Positions 25,717 to 32,000 of a DNA stretch of 32,000 nucleotides are shown piece after piece. Location: positions 305,337-337,336 of the forward strand of contig CP100318.1 of assembly GCA_029851085.1 (NCBI GenBank). The letters are read 5' to 3'. This DNA comes from Candidatus Saccharimonadota bacterium (GTDB lineage Bacteria; Bacteroidota; Bacteroidia; Flavobacteriales; Blattabacteriaceae). Position 1 is the first letter of the stretch. Each line of letters opens with the position of its first letter. The translations under genes and the position numbers were made by a program. The notes under the pieces were generated by a model. That model had not been told where the DNA came from. It did not search any database and saw only the letters and a program-made list of their open reading frames with translations.

Positions 25717-27781
25717 TAGCTTGAATAGTAGTAAGAATAATTGTATTATAAATATCATCTACAGTAGCACCTCTACTTAAATCATTTATAGGTTTGTTAA
25801 GACCTTGTAGAATTGGTCCTATTGCTATAGTTTTAGTTTCACGTTGAACAGCTTTATATGTATTATTACCTGCATTCAAATCAGGAAAAATGAATACATT
25901 AGCTTGTCCAATAACATTAGAATTAGGCAATTTACGTATACCTATATTCCAATCTACTGCAGCATCATATTGAATTGGTCCTTCTATTATTAGTTCAGGT
26001 TTTCTTTTTTTAACAATAATTGTAGCATTTTTAACTTTATCAACTTCTTTTCCTAGTCCAGAATCTCCTGATGAATAAGAAAGCATAGCAATTTTAGGTT
26101 CTATTCCTAATGATTTTGCAGTTATAGCTGAACATATAGCAATTTCTGCAAGTTGTTCAGATGTAGGATTAGGTACAATAGCACAATCACCATATATTAT
26201 AACTCTATCATATAATAACATTAAAAAAATTGATGATACCGTTTTAATAGTAGGAATTGTTTTTATAATTTGAAGTGCTGGACGTATAGTATTAGCTGTA
26301 GTATGAATTACACCTGATACCATACCATCAGCTAATCCATCATAAACCATCATAGTACCAAAATATGATACATCTAGCATAAGTGTTTTAGCTTGATCAT
26401 ATTGTAATCCTTTATTTTTTCTTAATTCATACAATTTTTTATAAAATTCTTCAAATTTTGTAGATTTTATTGGATTGATAATTTTTATGCGTTTTTCATC
26501 CCAAAATAATCCTAGGTTTTTAACTTTTATTAAAATTTTTTCTTTATCTCCTAATAGAGTTAATAAACCAAGTTTATTAGCGGAAAATTTTGAAGAAGCG
26601 CATAATATACGTTCATCTAATCCTTCAGGTAATACTATATGTTTTTGAAGTTTTTTACTTATATTAAAAATATTGTATTGAAACAATTGAGGATTTACAA
26701 TTTTTGATTTAAAATTAATGATTCTTTGCTCCAATAATCTTATGTCTATATAACGTTCAAAACGTTCTATAGTTAGTTTAATTTTAAATTTACTATTAGG
26801 ATAAATATATTTTATATTATTTAATTTAGAGATACTTTCAAAAGTATTTAATTTAACATAAAAAATAGGAATATTGATATCTTTGTCTTTAATAAATCTA
26901 ATAACGCTTTTATCTAAAAAACCTTCTGTAAAAAAAATTCCTAAAATTTTATTAGGATAATTATTATATAATAATAATGTTGTATAAATAATATCTATCC
27001 TATCACTGGGAATAAGTAATAAAAAGTTTGTATTATTAATTATAACATCTATATAATTATTTAATTGCATAGCTCCTAATATATATTTTCTAGCTATGAT
27101 ATTTAAGTGTTCTTCTTTACATATTATTTTAGAAGCATTTAAAGTGATGATTAAATCATTAATAGTAGGTTTGTAAAGAATAGTTTCTAAAGGAATAATT
27201 GAGATAATTATATGTTCAATATTTATGCTCTTATATAAAATACATTCAAGTTCTTGTTTGGAAATTATAGAGTTATTGATAACTATCATAATAATTTTAT
27301 TTCCTTGTTTTTGTATTGAATCAAATTCAATCAATATATTATTAACAATAGTTTCTATATTTTTATTTTCTCCATTAATAATTAAAATTATAGGCGTTTG
27401 TATAGTTTTTGCTATTAAATTATTGATATTAAAATCAAAAATACTTTTTTGTAAATTAGTTCCTTCTACTATTATAAAATCAAATTTTTTTTTTAAATTA
27501 TTATATTTGTTTATAATAAAATTAAAAAAATAATTCTTATTTGTAAGATAATTTCTAATAGCTTCTTCTTTAGTAAAAGCAAAAGATTCTTTATAACTCA
27601 TATTTATATTAAAATATGATAGTATTGTGTTAATATAATTATTACAAATATTATTTTCTATAATAGGTTTTAAAAACCCTACTTTAAATTTTTTATTAAT
27701 CAACATTTGTATAATTCCAAATGTAATTATAGATTTACCATATGAATCTGTAGCTGTAGTAATAAATACAGATTTATTCAT
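25697..27781 (-). CDS. pta: phosphate acetyltransferase (long form with N-terminal BioD-like/DRTGG region)
   Basis: The C-terminal PTA_PTB domain is present ([35 protein letters not shown]), plus an N-terminal ~370-aa regulatory-type region starting [17 protein letters not shown]. The ATG at 27781 overlaps the rpoC stop. Confidence 0.9.
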   Translation of the reverse strand: MNKSVFITTATDSYGKSIITFGIIQMLINKKFKVGFLKPIIENNICNNYINTILSYFNINMSYKESFAFTKEEAIRNYLTNKNYFFNFIINKYNNLKKKFDFIIVEGTNLQKSIFDFNINNLIAKTIQTPIILIINGENKNIETIVNNILIEFDSIQKQGNKIIMIVINNSIISKQELECILYKSINIEHIIISIIPLETILYKPTINDLIITLNASKIICKEEHLNIIARKYILGAMQLNNYIDVIINNTNFLLLIPSDRIDIIYTTLLLYNNYPNKILGIFFTEGFLDKSVIRFIKDKDINIPIFYVKLNTFESISKLNNIKYIYPNSKFKIKLTIERFERYIDIRLLEQRIINFKSKIVNPQLFQYNIFNISKKLQKHIVLPEGLDERILCASSKFSANKLGLLTLLGDKEKILIKVKNLGLFWDEKRIKIINPIKSTKFEEFYKKLYELRKNKGLQYDQAKTLMLDVSYFGTMMVYDGLADGMVSGVIHTTANTIRPALQIIKTIPTIKTVSSIFLMLLYDRVIIYGDCAIVPNPTSEQLAEIAICSAITAKSLGIEPKIAMLSYSSGDSGLGKEVDKVKNATIIVKKRKPELIIEGPIQYDAAVDWNIGIRKLPNSNVIGQANVFIFPDLNAGNNTYKAVQRETKTIAIGPILQGLNKPINDLSRGATVDDIYNTIILTTIQANENTNY

Positions 27782-30700
27782 TTTTATTATCATTTTTAGA
27801 AACAACAATTATATTTTCATATTCTTTTAATCCTGTTCCTGCAGGAATTTTACGTCCTACAATAACATTTTCTTTTAAACCTTTTAAATAATCAGTTTTT
27901 CTACTAATAGCTGCTTCACATAAAACTTTTGTTGTTTCTTGAAATGAAGCTGCTGAAATAAAAGATTTAGTTTGTAAAGAAGCTCTTGTAATACCTTGTA
28001 ATATAGGCTTTGCTGTAGCAGGAATTGCATCTCTAGTTAATATTAATTTTTTATTGTAACGTTTTAGTATAGAATTTTCACATAAAAGTTTACTAGAAGT
28101 AATAAAATCATTTTGTTTAAAATTTTTAGAATCTCCAATATCAACTATTATTTTCATTCTGAAAATTTTTTTATTTTCTTTAAAAAAATTATCAATATAT
28201 TCAATATTTCCTTCTATAAAACGAGTATCTCCAACTTCCATAATTTCTACTTTACGCATCATTTGTCTAACTATAGTTTCAAAATGTTTATCATTAATTT
28301 TAACTCCTTGTAAACGATATACTTCTTGTATTTCATTAACTATATATTCTTGAACAGCTCTAGTACCTTTGATATTTAAAATATCATTAGGAGTTATTGT
28401 ACCATCAGATATAGGTTGTCCTGCTTTAATATAATCATTTTCTTGTACAAGAATATGATTTGATAGTTTTATTAAATATTTTTTTATAATTCCTGTTTTA
28501 GATTCTATTATAATTTCACGATTTCCTCTTTTTAAATTACCATGACTTACTGTACCATCTATTTCTGATAAAATAGCTTTATTAGAAATATTACGTGCTT
28601 CAAATAATTCTGATAAACGAGGTAATCCTCCTGTCATATCTCCTGATTTAAAAGATTTACGTGGTATTTTAATTAAAATTTTACCAATTTCTATTTTTTC
28701 TCCATTATTAACTATCAAATGTGCACCTACTGGTAAATTATATACTTTCAATTCTTTTCCTAAATTGTTAACAATTTTTAATGTAGGTATTAATTTCTTA
28801 TTTCTTAATTCTGAAATTACTTTTTCTTGAAATCCTGTTTTTTCATCAATTTCAACTTGATAAGTTGAACCTTTTTCAATATTTTCGTATACTACGGTAC
28901 CAGCTAATTCTGCAATTATTACTGCATTATAAGGATCCCATTTACAAATAATATCATCTTTATTAATTTTATCTCCATGCATAAAAAATAAAGTAGAACC
29001 ATAAGGAATATTATTATTCATTATTATTGTACCTTTATTATCTATTAATTTAAATTCAGAAGAACGAGATACAACAACATTTATATCATCCTTATCCTTT
29101 ACTTTTACAGTTTTAATATAATCAAATTCTATAATACCTGAATTTTTAGCTATTATTTGTGAAGATTCAAGAATATTACCAGCAGTACCTCCTACATGAA
29201 AAGAACGTAAAGTTAGTTGCGTACCTGGTTCTCCTATAGATTGTGCAGCTATAACTCCTACTGATTCACCAATTTGAACAATTTTTCCAGTAGAAAGGTT
29301 TTGTCCATAACATTTAGCGCATACTCCTTCGTCAGCTTCACAAGTTAATTGTGAACGAACTTCTAATGATTCTAATCCTTCCTTTTCTATTAAATTTGCT
29401 CTATTTTCATCAATCATTTCACCTTCCTTTACAATTAATATTCCTTTTGATGAATAAATATTATTTAAAGAAATGCGTCCAATTATACGATAATATAATG
29501 ATTCTATTATATCTTCGTTTCGTTTTAATGTCTTAATTGTTATACCTCTTAAAGAATTACAATCTTCAATTGTTATGATTACGTCTTGAGCTACATCTGT
29601 CAATCTACGTGTTAGATATCCTGCATCTGCAGTTTTTAAATTAGAATCAGATAAACTTTTACGAGCACCATGAGTAGATATAAAATATTCTGATATTGAA
29701 AGACCTCTATAAAAATTTGCTATAATAGGATGTTCAATAATTTCACCACCATAAGAACCTATTTTTTGAGGTTTTGCCATTAATCCTCGCATACCTGATA
29801 GTTGACGTATTTGCTCTTTTGAACCTCTTGCTCCTGAATCTAACATCATATATACTGAATTAAATCCTTGTTTATCATATTTCATATATTTCATTACTAA
29901 TTCAGTAAGTCTAGCATTAGTATTAGTCCATATATCAATAACTTGGTTATATCGTTCATTATTAGTAATAAGCCCCATATTATAATTCATTTTTACAATA
30001 TCTATCTCTTTAAAAGCATTTTCTATCATATTATCTTTATCTTTAGGTACTATAATATCTCCTAAACTAAAAGATAAACCTCCTTTAAAAGCATTATAAA
30101 ATCCCATTTCTTTTATATTGTCTAAAAAAATTGCAGTAGTAGGTACATTAGTTAATTTTAATATATTACTAATAATATCACGTAAAGATTTTTTAGTTAA
30201 TAATTCGTTAATATAACCTACTTGTTTAGGCACTACTTGATTAAATAAAACTCTTCCTACAGTAGTTTCAACCATTTTATTAATTAAATTATTACCTTTA
30301 CGAATATTTACTTTTACATTTATAATTGCATGTAAATCTACAACATTTTGATTATATGCTATATATACTTCTTCAGGTGAAGAAAATGTAATTCCTTCTC
30401 CTTTTACTTTAATTTTATTTGTAGATTTTAAAGCTTTAGTCATATAATATAATCCTAATACCATATCTTGTGAAGGAACAGTTATGGGAGATCCATTAGC
30501 TGGATTTAAAATATTTTGAGATGCTAACATTAACAATTGTGATTCTAAAATTGCTCCATTTGACAGTGGTAAGTGTACAGCCATTTGATCTCCATCAAAA
30601 TCAGCATTAAATGCTGAACATACTAGTGGATGAAGTTGTATTGCATTTCCTTCAATTAATTTAGCTTGAAAAGCTTGTATACTAAGTCTATGTAATGTTG

Positions 30701-32000
30701 GAGCACGATTTAATAATACAGGATGTCCTTTTAAAAGATTATCTAATATATCCCATATTATAGATTCTCTTTTATCTATAAAATTTTTAGCTGATTTAAC
30801 TGTTTGAACAATACCTCTTTCAATAAGTTTACGAATAATAAATGGTTTATAAAGTTCTGCTGCTATATCTTTAGGTAATCCACATTCATGTAGTTTAAGT
30901 TTTGGACCTACTACAATTACTGATCTAGCTGAATAATCTACACGTTTTCCTAACAAATTTTGACGAAAACGTCCTTGTTTTCCTTTTAAAGAATCTGATA
31001 AAGATTTTAAAGGACGATTAGCGTCAGTTTTTACTGCAGAAATTTTTCTTGAATTATCAAATAGAGAATCTACAGCTTCTTGTAACATACGTTTTTCATT
31101 TCGAAGGATAACTTCAGGTGCTTTAATTTCTATTAAACGATTTAAACGATTATTACGAAGAAGTATACGACGGTATAAATCATTTAAATCAGATGTTGCA
31201 TAACGTCCTCCGTCTAAAGGTACTAAAGGACGTAAGTCTGGAGGTATAACTGCCAAAACATTAATAATCATCCATTCCGGATTACTACCTTTATTTTTTC
31301 CTTCAATAAAAGATTCAACTTCTTGTAAACGTTTAATTGCTTCTTGACGACGTTGTTTAGAAGTTTCATTATTAATTTTATTACGTAATTCATACGATAA
31401 TAAATTAAGATTTAAATTATTTAACATATGTTGTAAACATTCACCTCCCATTTTTGCAATAAATTTATTATTGTTTTTATCATCTAAAAATTGATTTTCG
31501 GGTGGCAATAGATCTAAAATATTTAAATATTCTTCTTCAGTAAGAAAATCAAAGTTTTTAATAGGTTTTCCATTAGGGTATTTTGCTATACCGGATTGAA
31601 TTACTACATATCGTTCATAATAAATAATCATATCCAATTTTTTTGATGATAAACCTAATAAATTACCTATTTTATTATTAGCAGATTTAAAACACCATAT
31701 ATGAACTACTGGGATAACTAGATTAATATGACCAATTCGTTCACGACGAACTTTTTTTTCTGTTACTTCTACACCACATCTATCACAAATAATACCTTTG
31801 TAACGTATACGTTTATACTTACCACAAGCACATTCGTAATCTTTAACAGGTCCAAATATACGTTCACAAAAAAGTCCATCTCTTTCAGGTTTATGTGTAC
31901 GATAATTTATTGTGTCAGGTTTTAATACTTCTCCAAAAGATTCTTGTAAAATAGATTCAGTAGAAGAAAAACTAATAGTAATTTTATTAAAATTATTCAT
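27774..32000 (-). CDS. rpoC: DNA-directed RNA polymerase subunit beta' (complete or nearly complete; ATG is the last codon of the window)
   Basis: N-terminal zinc motif [23 protein letters not shown], catalytic [12 protein letters not shown], and bridge-helix and trigger-loop regions. 1408 aa. An upstream extension beyond the window cannot be excluded. Confidence 0.97.
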   Translation of the reverse strand: MNNFNKITISFSSTESILQESFGEVLKPDTINYRTHKPERDGLFCERIFGPVKDYECACGKYKRIRYKGIICDRCGVEVTEKKVRRERIGHINLVIPVVHIWCFKSANNKIGNLLGLSSKKLDMIIYYERYVVIQSGIAKYPNGKPIKNFDFLTEEEYLNILDLLPPENQFLDDKNNNKFIAKMGGECLQHMLNNLNLNLLSYELRNKINNETSKQRRQEAIKRLQEVESFIEGKNKGSNPEWMIINVLAVIPPDLRPLVPLDGGRYATSDLNDLYRRILLRNNRLNRLIEIKAPEVILRNEKRMLQEAVDSLFDNSRKISAVKTDANRPLKSLSDSLKGKQGRFRQNLLGKRVDYSARSVIVVGPKLKLHECGLPKDIAAELYKPFIIRKLIERGIVQTVKSAKNFIDKRESIIWDILDNLLKGHPVLLNRAPTLHRLSIQAFQAKLIEGNAIQLHPLVCSAFNADFDGDQMAVHLPLSNGAILESQLLMLASQNILNPANGSPITVPSQDMVLGLYYMTKALKSTNKIKVKGEGITFSSPEEVYIAYNQNVVDLHAIINVKVNIRKGNNLINKMVETTVGRVLFNQVVPKQVGYINELLTKKSLRDIISNILKLTNVPTTAIFLDNIKEMGFYNAFKGGLSFSLGDIIVPKDKDNMIENAFKEIDIVKMNYNMGLITNNERYNQVIDIWTNTNARLTELVMKYMKYDKQGFNSVYMMLDSGARGSKEQIRQLSGMRGLMAKPQKIGSYGGEIIEHPIIANFYRGLSISEYFISTHGARKSLSDSNLKTADAGYLTRRLTDVAQDVIITIEDCNSLRGITIKTLKRNEDIIESLYYRIIGRISLNNIYSSKGILIVKEGEMIDENRANLIEKEGLESLEVRSQLTCEADEGVCAKCYGQNLSTGKIVQIGESVGVIAAQSIGEPGTQLTLRSFHVGGTAGNILESSQIIAKNSGIIEFDYIKTVKVKDKDDINVVVSRSSEFKLIDNKGTIIMNNNIPYGSTLFFMHGDKINKDDIICKWDPYNAVIIAELAGTVVYENIEKGSTYQVEIDEKTGFQEKVISELRNKKLIPTLKIVNNLGKELKVYNLPVGAHLIVNNGEKIEIGKILIKIPRKSFKSGDMTGGLPRLSELFEARNISNKAILSEIDGTVSHGNLKRGNREIIIESKTGIIKKYLIKLSNHILVQENDYIKAGQPISDGTITPNDILNIKGTRAVQEYIVNEIQEVYRLQGVKINDKHFETIVRQMMRKVEIMEVGDTRFIEGNIEYIDNFFKENKKIFRMKIIVDIGDSKNFKQNDFITSSKLLCENSILKRYNKKLILTRDAIPATAKPILQGITRASLQTKSFISAASFQETTKVLCEAAISRKTDYLKGLKENVIVGRKIPAGTGLKEYENIIVVSKNDNKNE

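Noticed and set aside
25717-25758. Upstream extension of ackA ([14 protein letters not shown]) used by the ORF track
   Set aside because: The conserved acetate kinase N-terminus starts at [12 protein letters not shown] (ATG 25716). The extension lies inside pta coding sequence and is hydrophobic filler.
27225-27533. 102-aa ORF on the + strand
   Set aside because: It is antisense within pta and looks hydrophobic only because it mirrors K/N/I-rich codons.
27782-27808. Upstream extension of pta (MLFLKMIIK) used by the ORF track
   Set aside because: It lies inside the rpoC 3' end. [11 protein letters not shown] from ATG 27781 is the natural Pta N-terminus.
28113-28313. 66-aa ORF on the + strand
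   Set aside because: It is antisense within rpoC.
29351-29536. 61-aa ORF on the + strand
   Set aside because: It is antisense within rpoC.
31728-31925. 65-aa ORF on the + strand
   Set aside because: It is antisense within rpoC (opposite the zinc-motif region).
1-32000. Search for a novel defence, toxin-antitoxin, secretion or biosynthetic cluster
   Set aside because: Every ORF over 100 aa is assignable to a core housekeeping family or to a small conserved family (NIF3, COG1579, HsdR_N). There are no unexplained multi-gene blocks, no compositional islands other than the tRNA, and no integrase or transposase remnants.

Overview
Extremely AT-rich (by eye about three quarters or more A+T, not computed), almost gap-free housekeeping region of a strongly reduced bacterial genome. 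Protein sequences and gene neighbourhoods look like a Flavobacteriales-type insect endosymbiont (Blattabacterium-like): thrS-infC-rpmI-rplT, NIF3 next to a COG1579 coiled-coil protein, holA next to an HsdR_N-domain protein, DnaE with an N-terminal DEDDh exonuclease domain, and a 700-aa Pta. That assignment comes from recall, not from a search. I call 29 protein-coding genes and one tRNA-Asp(GUC). I see no rRNA, mobile elements, CRISPR array, or defence or secondary-metabolite island. Eleven six-frame ORFs are antisense shadows of real genes. I do not see a convincing novel multi-gene system, so the window is mostly ordinary core genes. Four kinds of signal deserve a second look. (1) Three frame breaks lie exactly in 9-12 nt poly(A) tracts, two in holA and one in a DHH/NrnA-like gene, each one nucleotide from an intact frame. 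(2) Several core proteins have lost domains or metal sites: DnaE lacks the OB-fold and tau-binding C-terminus, ClpB lacks its N-domain, DnaJ keeps only zinc centre II, and a COG1579 zinc-ribbon protein has no cysteines in the ribbon. (3) There are three young repeat structures: a perfect 12-bp x15 in-frame repeat in grpE, a perfect 23-bp duplication of the mnmA start, and a ~300-bp hairpin-forming minisatellite between trxA and tRNA-Asp. (4) Translation-related oddities include a non-AUG infC start, a prfB without the programmed frameshift, and SPY in place of SPF in RF2.
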